From: Eledone cirrhosa
Taxonomy: Eukaryota
Reading direction: 5' to 3'
DNA length: 64,000 nucleotides
NCBI GenBank assembly: GCA_964016885.1
Contig: OZ024759.1
Location: 6,262,001-6,326,000 of the forward strand
Part shown: positions 35,331 through 47,789 of the stretch, piece after piece
How the letters are laid out: the number at the start of each line of letters is the position of its first letter
How positions within the stretch are numbered: position 1 is the stretch's first letter
Program-made: the position numbers and the translations under genes
The notes under the pieces: generated by a model
Database searches by the model: none
What the model was told of the DNA's origin: nothing
The model's input: only the letters and a program-made list of their open reading frames with translations

Positions 35331-35607
35331 CTTCTCTCCCACACACTACAATTTATCCCTTTTATACCCAGTTTCTCTCTCAGCTCATCCATGCTTGGTC
35401 ATTCACGCACATTCATTACACATCCATCGGAGCATGCTTGCTTCATTTCTCTTCAGCCGTCATATATCCTCTGCAGTTGCTGCCCATGTCTCAATACCAT
35501 GCAGCATCGCACATCTTACACAGGCATCATATAACTGGCCTTTTGTTCGTAAGGAGAAACCCTTCTTTGTTAACAGAGGAAACAGCTCCCTAAATATCTT
35601 CCATCCA
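35331..35607 (-). mobile_element. RTE LINE continuation right of the LTR insertion (5'-truncated)
   Basis: Rejoins 33176 to give cagtcttctctcccacacac; cccatgtctca...gcatcatata...gagaaaccc is homologous to 45590-45670 and 48870-48950. Confidence 0.85.
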
Positions 35608-35756
35608 AGGGGTGTAAAACCATTGGGGTTTTATTGGGAATTTCGATTGTTTATTATTTATTTTATAATTGTTAAAACTATTTACACGTTTAAATGTAAA
35701 ACCCTCACCGTACCTCCTGTAATGTCCCTTGAGTGCCCTTATGGTAAATAAAGAAA
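35608..35756 (+). mobile_element. 3' UTR remnant of a Tx1-like element related to 20965-26614
   Basis: tgtaaa...ctgtaatgtccc...gtgcccttatggtaaataaagaaa parallels 26555-26614 tgtaaa...ttgtatctgtccc...gtgccctagtggcaaataaagaaa. Confidence 0.7.
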
Positions 35757-35926
35757 TCTATATATAAATGTGTGTGTAAACCACCGTTTGAATCGGAGAC
35801 GCTGGCCACGAAACACCAGCAGAGAGAATCCATTATGGTTGATTCCCAGCCTGCTAGAAATAGCAGTCAGTTTAGTTAGCATCCCTGGGATGTCTTTCTT
35901 CTTTGATGTTATAAAATTAGTACATA

Positions 35927-36392
35927 TAAACCTTCCTGGATGTCTCCTTATTCCTGGACTCACCAATAAACCTTCCTGGATGTCCCCTTATTCCAGGACA
36001 TATCAATAAACCTTCCTAGATGTCCCTTTATTCCATTCCTGGACTTATCAATAAACCTTCCTGGATGCCCCCTTATTCCTGGACATATCAATACACCTTC
36101 CTGGATGTCCCCTTATTCCTGGACTTATCAATAAACCTTCCTGGATGTCCCCTTATTCCTGGACTTATCAATAAACCTTCCTAGATGTCCCCTTATTCCA
36201 TTCCTGGACATATCAATAAACCTTCCTAGATGTCCCCTTATTCCATTCCTGGACTTATCAATAAACCTTCCTAGATGTCCCCTTATTCCATTCCTGGACT
36301 TATCAATAAACCTTCCTAGATGTCCCCTTATTCCATTCCTGGACTCACCAATAAACCTTCCCGGATGTCCCCTTATTCCATTCCTGGACTTA
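35927..36392. repeat. 40/45-bp minisatellite (ataaaccttcctggatgtccccttatt[ccatt]cctggacttatca)
   Basis: About 11 copies; ttcctgga occurs twice per unit. Confidence 0.95.
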
Positions 36393-36467
36393 CTTTTCGA
36401 TTGTCAGTTTTTGTGTGATGTGTGAAGAAACCAACAGTCATCTCTCTTTTATATTATGTATAGATTA

Positions 36468-36663
36468 GCAGTATAGGTAGAGGGTCGGACGCCATGCTTC
36501 ACAGCATCGAGTTGCGGCCCTTTACGTTCTGAGTTCAAATCCCACTGAGGTTAACATTGCCTTTCATCTTTACGGTAAAATAAAGTACCAGTAATATTTA
36601 ATCAATTTAATCAACTTTCCCCTCCCCCAAAATTCTTGGCCTTGTTCCTAAATCAGAAACCAT
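36468..36663 (+). mobile_element. SINE copy (diverged)
   Basis: ggtagagggtcggacgccatgc...gagttcaaatccc...tgcctttcatc...aaagtaccag...ggccttg. Confidence 0.75.
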
Positions 36664-36832
36664 TCGGTAGAGGGTCGGATGCCATGCTTTCCAGCATAGT
36701 TACGTCCCTTTACGATCTGAGTTCAAATCCCGCCGAGGTTGACTTTGCCTTTCATCCTTACGGGGTCGATAAAATAAAGTACCAGTAATGCACTGGGTAA
36801 TTGCTGGCCTTGTGCCTAAAGTAGAAACAATT
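36664..36832 (+). mobile_element. SINE copy, inverted near-identical partner of 18166-18335
   Basis: Reverse complement matches with about 3 mismatches and the same internal deletion. Confidence 0.85.
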
Positions 36833-37735
36833 ATATATATAACCAGCAATTTCTCTGTCTGTCTGTCCGACAGTGGAAACACGTGCGTAGAGAGAGAGTG
36901 AGAGTGAAAGAAAGAGACAGACTACGAGAGGGGGAGAGAGGGAGAGAGAGAGAGTGAATAGACGCTAAAACACGTGCTACAGAAACATTACCTTCCCCTC
37001 TCCACTGACTTTGGTCACTGAGGCCGAGGCAATCGCTGGTTGCTATAGAGACACCTTGCACAAGCCAGAAGTAACCAGTTCGAGGCGGTTCTGACTTGAC
37101 ACCATGCGAAGAAGGTTGCCATTGAATTTGAAGAAGGTTGCTGCTGATGAGGTAATTTATTAATCAGATTGCGCAGTTCCATAACCTACGTTTGATTTGT
37201 TCAATTTTTTTCTTCAATTTTTTTGTTGTTTTTTTTATTTCTTATTGAAAAAATATAAATAATAAAATAAGGTTAGAAATTTAAATACAATTAAATACGA
37301 TTTAATTTCCATTTCCAGCAGCCAATGTCCAGTGTTCAATTTCATGAAAAAATTGGAAATAATTCAAAAAATTGAAGTTTAACTTTTGAACATTTGTTTT
37401 GACAATAAAAAAATATTTCCTTATTCACACCTAATGGTATGATTAAAATTTCATAGGAATATATTTTCTAACCGCCAGTTATTTAAAAATTATTAAAAAT
37501 AAATTTTTTTAAAAAAAGAATGGAAGATTTTGTGGATTTTTTTACCACCTTCCAAGCCTTAAACACTAATTCTCGCAAATTTGTGTTTTGTAATGACCCT
37601 CAGGACGCTGCTATTGTTGATTCCAATAGTGCCTGGTATTCGAATATGTTAGTATACAATTTTTTGAATAAAATTAAGGCGCAATTAGAGCTGCCAAACA
37701 AAATTTTTTTCGGCTTCGGCCCATATTATATATAT
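36833..37735 (+). mobile_element. Helitron-like non-autonomous element fragment
   Basis: Begins tatataaccagcaatttctctgtctgtct...cgacagtggaaacacgtgcg, also present at 37798. The 3' boundary is uncertain. Confidence 0.5.
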
Positions 37736-37786
37736 ATATAATGGGGATGATGATGATGATATACATAGTTACATATGTATATGTAA

Positions 37787-38497
37787 TCTCCTTATAATAT
37801 ATAACCAGCAATTTCTCTGTCTGTCTATCCGACAGTGGAAACACGTGCGCGCGTGCGAATGTTTTTTGCGCACGCGTAGAGAGAGAGTGAGAGTGAAAGA
37901 AAGAGACAGACTACGAGAGGGGGATAGCGGGAGGGAGAGAGGGAGAGAGAGAGAGTGAATAGACGCTAAAACACGTGTGCGCGTGCGAATGTTTTTTGCG
38001 CACGCGTAGATAGAGAGTGAGAGTGAAAGAAAGAGACAGACTACAAGAGGGGAATAGCGGGAGGGAGAGAGGGGGGAATTGAGGAGTGCTACAGAAACAT
38101 ATATACATTTCTGTGTGTGTGTAATATATATATATATATACACACACAGAAATATATATATATACACACAGAAATATATATACATTTCTGTGTGTGTAAT
38201 ATATATATATATACACACACAGAAATATATATACATTTCTGTGTGTGTAATATATATATATATACACACACAGAAATATATATACATTTCTGTGCGTGTA
38301 ATATATATATATATACACACAGAAATATATATACATTTCTGTGTGTGAAATATATATATATATACACACAGAAATATATATACATTTCTGTGTGTATATA
38401 TATATATATTACACGCACAGAAATGTATATACATTTCTGTGTGTTTAATATATATATATACTAGCAGAAAACCACCCGGTGGGTGGTTTTCTGCTAG
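37787..38497 (+). mobile_element. Non-autonomous Helitron-like element A
   Basis: 5' A|TCTCCTTATAATATATAA followed by (TCTG)n; internal duplication of about 130 bp; ends ...ttttctgCTAG. Confidence 0.6.
38091..38460. repeat. Palindromic minisatellite (cacacagaaatatatatacatttctgtgtg + (TA)n), about 50-bp unit
   Basis: About 7 copies, each self-complementary. Confidence 0.9.
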
Positions 38498-39498
38498 TCT
38501 ACTATATAAATGTCAATTTCTGTCTGTCTGTGTATCTGTGTAAAACCAGTTGGCTCCTACACCAGAGATCCGATCCTGATGAAACTTTACACACATGTTA
38601 AGCTAGTATTCAGAAACAGGACTGGCTAATTGGGTTTCAATAAAAATAATGGAACCCCTGGGGACATCTTTACAATGGAGGAGGAAAGAGAAGACTTTCG
38701 GTGAGAGAGGGGAAAGAGATACTACTACTGTATATTAAACCCTTCCTCCCACTACTCCCCTTTCTTCTACCACAACTCAATCCTCCAAAACAACATAATA
38801 AAACCTAAATCATATGTTGACGAATATTCCTACTCCCGGCATGTTAATTGTAACATGGCGTCTTTGAGAGTAGAGTTTATTTCGTCGATATTTCGATGTG
38901 TTGGATCGTGGGTAGATTAACACGAATTAAGAAGATGTAACTTCTCCCCCATTATTGACACTTTGCAACAGTGAATGTTACAAGGCCCTCTTTAGGGCCA
39001 ACACTTCTGATTGTTTATCCTACTTATTATGGTGTGTTTTATGTCTACTATAGGGGAAATGGGATGGTTTTATTGAATTGCTCCAGTCATTCGAAGGGTC
39101 TTACAAATGGTGATATACAGGATGCTTGAACAGTAACTGAATATGTTCACTCGGTTATAATTTCTTCAATGACTTCCTCAATTGTTCTGTGTTTGTTCTT
39201 GAGTGCTAAGGCAGTAAGTTTGCTATTCTTATACATAAGTTTGTTGAATAAGTTCAATACTCTTCTAGCTCAAACTTCCATGGCTTATTCACTCTGAATG
39301 AAGAAAGCTGGATGGAAAAAGGACTAAAACAGCTATTGATAGTTCCACATAAAAAAATTGATCTGCCATATACACACCTAGCAAAGGTTGCTATTGAAAA
39401 TCAAGTATGGGCACCCAGGGTCGCTAGCATTTTCAGGCGTACTCTGGGAACTGTGAATAACCCCAACTTTCCTGGGTATCACCAGGAACTGCAGCTAG
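38498..39498 (+). mobile_element. Non-autonomous Helitron-like element B (about 1 kb)
   Basis: 5' TCTACTATATAAA...tctgtctgtctg; 3' hairpin ttcctgg-gtatca-ccaggaa (39469-39488), then CTAG|T at 39495-39499. Confidence 0.7.
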
Positions 39499-39512
39499 TA
39501 TTTTATATATAA

Positions 39513-39990
39513 ACTAGATGAGGTACCCAACTTCACCCAGGAGAACAGAGAAAACGACTGTATTGGATGTGTTGTCTGGTATGAGGTGAGACCGTAATGT
39601 GTGAGAGAGAGAGACATAAAATAAACAATCATAAAACTTCCTTATTAGGCTGGGGGAGTAAACTGCTGATAAAATGGGAAATAACCATAGTAAGTATGAT
39701 CTTTTTCAGCTCCAAAGGACGTCATCTGAAACAGCAATATACTACATAACATTGCTTCTGAAATGTTTAGCTTCTTTAGTACGGACTGTAAGTAGTATAT
39801 GGATAAAAGCTGGAGGGGAGATTAATTTAAAATAGTATCAATTTTTTTTTGTTCTGTAAAATCAAAGATTGTAAAACTACTTTATAAAAGCTAACGCAAT
39901 ATTGTTAAACCTTCCTATAGATCAAAGGATCTACAGTTTAATCTGTTTCTAGACTTTCGTGGGACGTTACTCTCTCTCTCTCTCTGAATA
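39513..39990 (-). mobile_element. Possible Helitron-like element C, tail-to-tail with B
   Basis: aaCTAGatgaggtacccaacttcacccaggg resembles an inverted Helitron 3' end with a decayed hairpin; 5' end not resolved. Confidence 0.35.
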
Positions 39991-40109
39991 TCTAACACTT
40001 TAATTGTATCTCTCTCTTTCTGCCTCTCTCTCTGTGGCTCTCTAACTTTATATGTGTGTGTATATATTTCTGTGTGTGTGTGTATGAGTGTGTGCAGTTT
40101 TCATGTGAT

Positions 40110-43100
40110 TCAACCAACCAACCATCCAACCAACCAACCAACCATCCAACCAAGCAACCAACCAAGCAACCTACTAACCAACCAACCAACCAACCATCCA
40201 ACCCACCAACCAACCACCCAACCAACCAACCAATCAACCAACCTACCAACCAACCAACCAACCAACCATCCAACCAACCAACCAACCAACCATCCAACCA
40301 ACGAACCAACCAACCAACCATCCAACCATCCAACCCACCAACCAACCAACCACCCAACCAATCCCAACCAACTAACCAACCAACCAACCTACCTACCAAC
40401 CAACCAACGAACCAACCAACCATCCAACCCACCAACCAACCAACCAACCAACCAACGAACGAATGAACGAACCAACCAACCAACCTACCATCCAACCAAC
40501 TAACCAACCAACCAACCTACCAACCAACCTACCAACCAACCGACCATCCAACCAACCATCCAACCAACCATCCAACCAACCATCCAACCAACCTACCAAC
40601 CAACCAACCTACCAACCAACCAATCAACCAACCAACCATCCAACCAACCATCCAACCAACGAACCAACCAACCAACCAACGAACCAACCAACCAACCATC
40701 CAACCAACCAACCATCCAACCCACCAACCAACCAACCACCCAACCAATCCCAACTAACCAACCAACCTACCTACCAACCAACGAACCAACCAACCATCCA
40801 ACCCACCAACCAACCAACCAACCAACGAACGAACGAACCAACCAACCAACCTACCAACCAACCTACCAACCAACCGACCATCCAACCAACCATCCAACCA
40901 ACCATCCAACCAACCAACCAACCATCCAACCAACCATCCAACCAACCATCCAACCAACCATCCAACCAATCTACCAACCAACCAACCAACCTACCAACCA
41001 ACCAGCCAACCAACCTACCAACCAACCAACCAACCATCCAACCAACCATCCAACCAACCATCCAACCAACCTACCAACCAACCAACCAACCAACCACCCA
41101 ACCATCCAACCAACCAACCAACCAAATCAACCAACCAACCACCATCCATCAACCAACCACCCAACCAACCAACCAACCATCCAACACACCATGCAACCAA
41201 CCAACCAGCCAACCAACCTACCAACCAACCAGCCAACCAACCAACCAACCAACCAACCAACCAACCAACCAACCAATCTACCAACCAACCAGCCAACCAA
41301 CCAACCTACCAACCAACTAACCAACCATCCAACCAACCAACCATCCAACCGACCATCCAACCATCCAACCAACCAACCATCCAACCAACCAACCAACCAA
41401 CCAAATCAACCAACCACCATCCATCAACCAACCACCCAACCAACCAACCAATCAACCAACCAACCACCCAACACACCATGCAACCAACCAGCCAACCAAC
41501 CTACCAACCAACCAGCCAACCAACCAACCAACCAACCAACCAACCTACCAACCAACCAGCCAACCAACCTACCAACCAACTAACCAACCATCCAACCAAC
41601 CAACCATCCAACCGACCATCCAACCATCCAACCAACCAACCATCCAACCAACCAACCAACCAAATCAACCAACCACCATCCATCAACCAACCACCCAACC
41701 AACCAACCAATCAACCAACCAACCACCCAACACACCATGCAACCAACCAGCCAACCAACCTACCAACCAACCAGCCAACCAACCAACCAACCAACCAACC
41801 AACCTACCAACCAACCAGCCAACCAACCTACCAACCAACTAACCAACCATCCAACCAACCATCCAACCGACCATCCAACCATCCAACCAACCAACCATCC
41901 AACCAACCAACCAACCAAATCAACCAACCAACCACCATCCATCAACCAACCACCCAACCAACCAACCAACCATCCAACACACCATGCAACCAACCAACCA
42001 GCCAACCAACCTACCAACCAACCAGCCAACCAACCAACCAACCAACCAACCAACCAACCAACCAACCAATCTACCAACCAACCAGCCAACCAACCAACCT
42101 ACCAACCAACTAACCAACCATCCAACCAACCAACCATCCAACCGACCATCCAACCATCCAACCAACCAACCATCCAACCAACCAACCAACCAACCAAATC
42201 AACCAACCACCATCCATCAACCAACCACCCAACCAACCAACCAATCAACCAACCAACCACCCAACACACCATGCAACCAACCAGCCAACCAACCTACCAA
42301 CCAACCAGCCAACCAACCAACCAACCAACCAACCAACCTACCAACCAACCAGCCAACCAACCTACCAACCAGCCAACCAACCAACCAACCAACCAGCCAA
42401 CCAACCAACCATCCAACCAACCAACCAACTAACATCCAGCCAACCAACCTACCAACCAAAACTAACCATCCAACCAACCATCCAACCAACCTACCAACCA
42501 ACCAACCAACCTACCAACCAACCAGCCAACCAACCTACCAACCAACCAACCATCCAACCAACCATCCAACCAACCTACCAACCAACCAACCAACGAACCA
42601 TCCAACCAACCAATCACCCAACCATCCAACCAACCAACCAACCAACCAAATCAACCAGCCACCATCCATCAACCAACCACCCAACCAACCAACCAACCAT
42701 CCAACACACCATGCAACCAACCAACCAGCCAACCAACCTACCAACCAACCAGCCAACCAACCAACCAACCAACCTACCAACCAACCAGCCAACCAACCAA
42801 CCTACCAACCAACTAACCAACCATCCAACCAACCAACCATCCAACCGACCATCCAACCATCCAACCAACCAACCAACCAACCAACCATCCAACCATCCAA
42901 CCAACCAACCAAATCAACCAACCACCATCCATCAACCAACCACCCAACCAACCAACCAATCAACCAACCAACCATCCAACCAACCATCCAACCAACCTAC
43001 CAACCAACCAACCAACCTACCAACCAACCAGCCAACCAACCAACCAACCTACCAACCAACCAGCCAACCAACCAACCAACCAACCAACCTACCAACCAAC

Positions 43101-43985
43101 CAGCCAACCAACCACCCTACCAACCAACTAACCAACCATCCAACCAACCAACCATCCAACCGACCATCCAACCATCCAACCAACCAACCATCCAACCAAC
43201 CAACCAACCAGCCAACCAACCTACCAACCAGCCAACCAACCAACCAACCTACCAACCAGCCAACCAACCATCCAACCAACCAACCAACTAACAACCAGCC
43301 AACCAACCTACCAACCAAAACTAACGAACCAACCATCCAACCAGCCAACCAACCTACCAACCAACCAGCCAACCAACCAACCAACCAACCATCCAACCAA
43401 CCATCCAACCAACCAACCATCAAACAAACCAACCAACCATCCAACCAACCAACCAACCATCCAACCAACCATCCAACCAACCATCCAACCAAACAACCAA
43501 CCAACATACCAACCAACCAACCTACCAATCAACCAACCAACCTACCAACCAACCTACCAACCTACCAACCAACCATCCAACCAACCAACCATCCAACCAA
43601 CCAACCAACCAACCAACCAACCAACCTACCAACCAACCAACCAACCTACCAACCAACCAACCAACGAACCATCCAACCATCCAAACAACCAACCAACCTA
43701 CCAACCAACCAACCAACCAACCAACCTACCAACCAACCAACCTACCAACCAACCAACCAACCTACCAACCAACCTACCAACCTATCAACCAACCAACCAA
43801 CCAACCAACCATCCAACTAACCAACCAACCAACCAACCAACCAACCTACCAACCTACCAACCAACCATCCAATCAACCAACCATCCAACCAACTAACCAA
43901 CCTACCAACCAACCATCCAACCAACTAACCAACCAACCTACCAACCAACCAACCAACCAACCAACCATCCAACCAACCAACCATC
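40110..43985. repeat. (CCAA)n tetranucleotide satellite with CCAT/CCTA variants and higher-order structure
   Basis: 3.9 kb; the marker acaccatgc recurs at about 41186, 41473, 41732, 41979, 42266 and 42706. Confidence 0.98.
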
Positions 43986-44020
43986 CTAGCTAGTACAGGA
44001 TCGAATGGGGCCGAAAATTT

Positions 44021-44069
<49 letters not shown>

Positions 44070-44074
<5 letters not shown>

Positions 44075-44789
44075 GAGAGTAAATAGTGTATATATTTTAT
44101 CAAATAATTCTAAGGACATGATTTATGATATATTGCTCTGATTATTTAATTTATTAATTCTTCATTGAGCCACAACGTGACCGGTTGCCACATATATATC
44201 TGTGACTTTGTGTATATGTAAATCTTTATATTTAATAATCTCCCATTCGGTTGAGATGCAATTTGGGCGATATTGGGCTGCACTCTCTAGCAACCAGCCC
44301 ACTCGCCGTAAGCAACTAATCACATTCTTTCTAACTTGACCACTGCCACGTCACGATTCTTAGCCATTTTTTGAATCTATTTCTGGCGTGGATCGCTTTG
44401 GAAAATTAACTGTCCTATTGAGTTTGTCTCCTGAAGAGTTCGATACTCGAGATTTATCCTTAATAGGATATCTCAAAATATGAACGAAACCATGGTAGGG
44501 ACGTAATCACGGTAAGAATGTACGCATTTCTTCTAACTTTAAATTTATACCTAATTGTGTATGGTTGACGGTATATTTAGTCAATTTCTACATGCTGTTG
44601 AAATGTTGGGTAAATATTCTATTGCGGTCAGCCGCGAAGAGGCCGCTTTCGTTTATTTATCAAATATTTCTTCATAGGAGCCTTTATTCTTATAGCCTGG
44701 TCTAATTGATTTTTTATGTGGTTAATTATGCTAATTGGGAGAGTAAATAGTGTGTATATTTTATCAAATGATTCTATGGACATAATTTA

Positions 44790-44797
<8 letters not shown>
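44070..44797. mobile_element. Unclassified element (about 730 bp) with terminal direct repeats of about 64 bp, inserted in (TA)n
   Basis: attgggagagtaaatagtgt[a/g]tatattttatcaaat[a/g]attcta[a/t]ggacat[g/a]atttatgatatat at 44070 and 44734; (TA)n on both sides. Confidence 0.6.
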
Positions 44798-44838
<41 letters not shown>

Positions 44839-44841
<3 letters not shown>

Positions 44842-46936
44842 TCATCATCATCATCATCGTTTAACGTCAATCTTCCACGCTAGCATGGGTTTGGACGGTA
44901 ATTTTCCCACTTGAGGCAAGATTGGTTGTCTTGCTCGTATAGGACTGTCTGGCGGGTTTTCTACAGCTGGATGCCCTTCCAAACACCAACCACATTTACA
45001 GTGTGGGGCTGGGAGGTTTTTACCGTGTTACCTAGACGGCCACATTACAGCGTGGACTGTGTGTTTTTTGTCGTGACACACGACCTCATTTATTTTGGAC
45101 TGGATGTTGTGGTACCAACATAACTTAACATCGAAAGGGGGTGGTGTGGATAGGTTGGGGGTAGTGGGACGGGGGTGTATTTTGGTAAGAGGTGCCTTCT
45201 GACTGTAGGTTTCGCTTTGCACTTAGGCAAGGCGGGTCTTCTGTATTACTGCGTAGCGCCAAAGATCTCGGTCCAGTGACATTGTCTTGGAGAGGTGTAA
45301 GTGTGTGAGGTCGGAATTTATCAAGTCGTCCCAGGTTTTTCTGGGTCTGCCTACTCCGTGGCTACCGTCTATTTTGATCACCCTGTACTTTTTTATACAG
45401 CTGTCGTCTTTCATGCGCATCACGTGACCATACTAACGTAGTCTTCTCTCGAGTAAACAGCATCTGATCCCTTTTATTCCTAATTTCTCCCTTAGTTCAT
45501 TTATTGCCGTTCACGTATATTACTATTACACATCCAACGGAGAATGCAAGCTTCGTTCCTCTCCAGTCTGCGTAGATCCTCTGCAGACAATGCCCAGGTC
45601 TCACTGCCATGCAATATTGCTGTTCGTATGCAGGCATCATACAGCCTGCCTTTCATTTTTAGAGAGAAACCTTTAGCAGCCAATAGTGGTATAAGCTCTC
45701 TGAGCTTTTTCCATCCCGTTCTGACTCTAGCTACAGTACTTTCAGAGCACCCTCCACTACTGCTGATTTTGTCACCCGGGTAACGGAAGGTGTCCACTAT
45801 TTCTATAGAACCATCTGTGTAATGGAATGGGATAGTATTCTGTGGGCACTTGCTGCTACTTATTACACCTGAGCACCGGCCAAATATAAAATCTATATTC
45901 TTAGTTAACTTACCTGTGATCTCACTACATCTTTTATGCACCCATACTTTGCATTTGGGATTAAATGGAGTTTCTGCCTACTCCTTTCCTACACATTGAG
46001 CATGGCCATTTCCCAGATGGGACCAGAGCCCTATTTTCCTTCCTACATACTAGAACTTTAGTCTTAGACATTTTAAGGCCTTTTTATTCTAGGCCATGTT
46101 CCCATGGGCAGCCGGTTTTGAACTCCTCTGTTATAGCCTGAAGGGCAATAATAAATAGGAGGGGGCTAAGGACGGAGCCCTGATGAACACCAACTTTTAC
46201 GCTAAACTCTTCACTATATTGCTGACTGTTTCTTTATACATGGCTTGTATAGCTCTCACAAATCATTCATCAACACCTAGTTTTCTGAGAGCGTGGGACT
46301 CTGTCAAAGGCTTTCTTCAAGTCAACAAAAGCTAAGTGTAGGGGTTTAATTTAGCTAGGTACTTCTGTAGTTGTCGCAAAATGAAAAGAGCGTCCGTGGT
46401 ACTTTTACCTGACACAAACCCGAACTGCATTTCACCCAGATCAATTCTCTCTTACTTTTTGCGCTATTACTTTTTCTGTGACCTTCATGACCTGGTCAAT
46501 TAATTTAATGCCTCTATAGTTTCCCCTATCTAGGGCATCTCCTTTACCCTTGTACCAGTTAATGATGATGCTGCTACGCCAGTCCTTCGGTACAACTCCA
46601 TTCTGTATGACTTGGTTTACTATCCGGGTGACCATGGTGTGTCCCACCGTTCCAGATGCTTTCAGCATTTCAGCAACTATTTCCGAAGGTCCAGCCGCCT
46701 TACCCGTCTTCATATCTTTGATTGCCTTACTTATTATACTACCTTCAACTTGCACTGCTGGTCCCTCTATTGGATCGATGTGGGGGAGACTGTCTTTCTC
46801 CCATTTATTCTCCTCATTTAGTAGCCTTTCGTAGTGACACTTCCAAGCTACCTTCTTATCAGCGTCAGTGATGGCAAGTACACCATCATCATTAAGGACA
46901 CACTTCTCCCCGACAATGTCACGGTTTTCTTTGACA
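44839..46936 (-). mobile_element. Decayed, 5'-truncated RTE LINE (RT pseudogene)
   Basis: (CAT)n tail; fragments KAAGPSEIVAEMLK, NYRGIKLID, HGSETWAL, GRPRKTW; several stops and deletions. Confidence 0.93.
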
Positions 46937-46993
46937 CATATATATATATATGTGTGCGTGTGGTGTGTGTGTATGCACATATATATAAATGTG

Positions 46994-47663
46994 GTAGCAG
47001 AAGTATCCGGCGTTGCCCGGGTTAAAGAAAATAATGAAATTTTATTCAAAACTTGAAATATTTTCTTAATACTTATTGTGATTAGTGATTCTAATATTAT
47101 TGGCATAACAAATTCTGTGAGATCAACAATAATAAATTTGAAATAGAAAACCCATAAAAGTAAATTTTTAGTACACCCCCTCGATTTTTTTGGAATAATT
47201 ATTTTTCATCGGTTGATGAGCTATCAATAATTAATCTCCGACTAAGCTGCAAATGATTTTTTCCCAGGAAAGCAGCACTTTTCCCTTCACATGGAGTTTT
47301 CTTTTTAAAAAAAAATTAGTTTCTTTCGTGGAGTTCCCCAACACGAACGACAACCCTAACCTTTTTCGAACTGGAGACGAATATTTTTCGGTAAAATTTC
47401 AACAGCTACGTGGTAGGTCGACATGTTAAAAATAACAGCCACATTTTTCTGTTTTCTGAAAAAGGAATTGTTTTTGCGTGATTTAGAAGTCAAATCCGTT
47501 TCCACGTAAGTTGGGGGTCAGATTCATTGCCCTAGCTTTAGAAGACTTCCTTCCAATGAAGGTCTATTCTCTGAAAATTTGCCTTGACCGTTATGGAAGT
47601 TAATGCAGTATGTGTGTGTCATCAGACACACACAGACACACACACTTTCTCTCTCTCTCTCTC

Positions 47664-47738
<75 letters not shown>

Positions 47739-47785
47739 GTCTCTCTGTCTCTCTCTTTCTTTCTTTATAATATATATATATATAT
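46994..47785 (-). mobile_element. Non-autonomous Helitron-like element
   Basis: tagcagaagtatccggcgttgcccggg reads as an inverted 3' end with a GC hairpin; (CT)n and ctttataatata at the far end resemble an inverted 5' end. Confidence 0.55.
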
Positions 47786-47789
47786 ACAC

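Noticed and set aside
39992-44119. PTNQ and LVGW repeat ORFs
   Set aside because: Translations of (CCAA)n.
44425-44470. Second hammerhead candidate ctgaagag...ctcgaga
   Set aside because: GAGA replaces GAAA, and stems II and III are not convincing.
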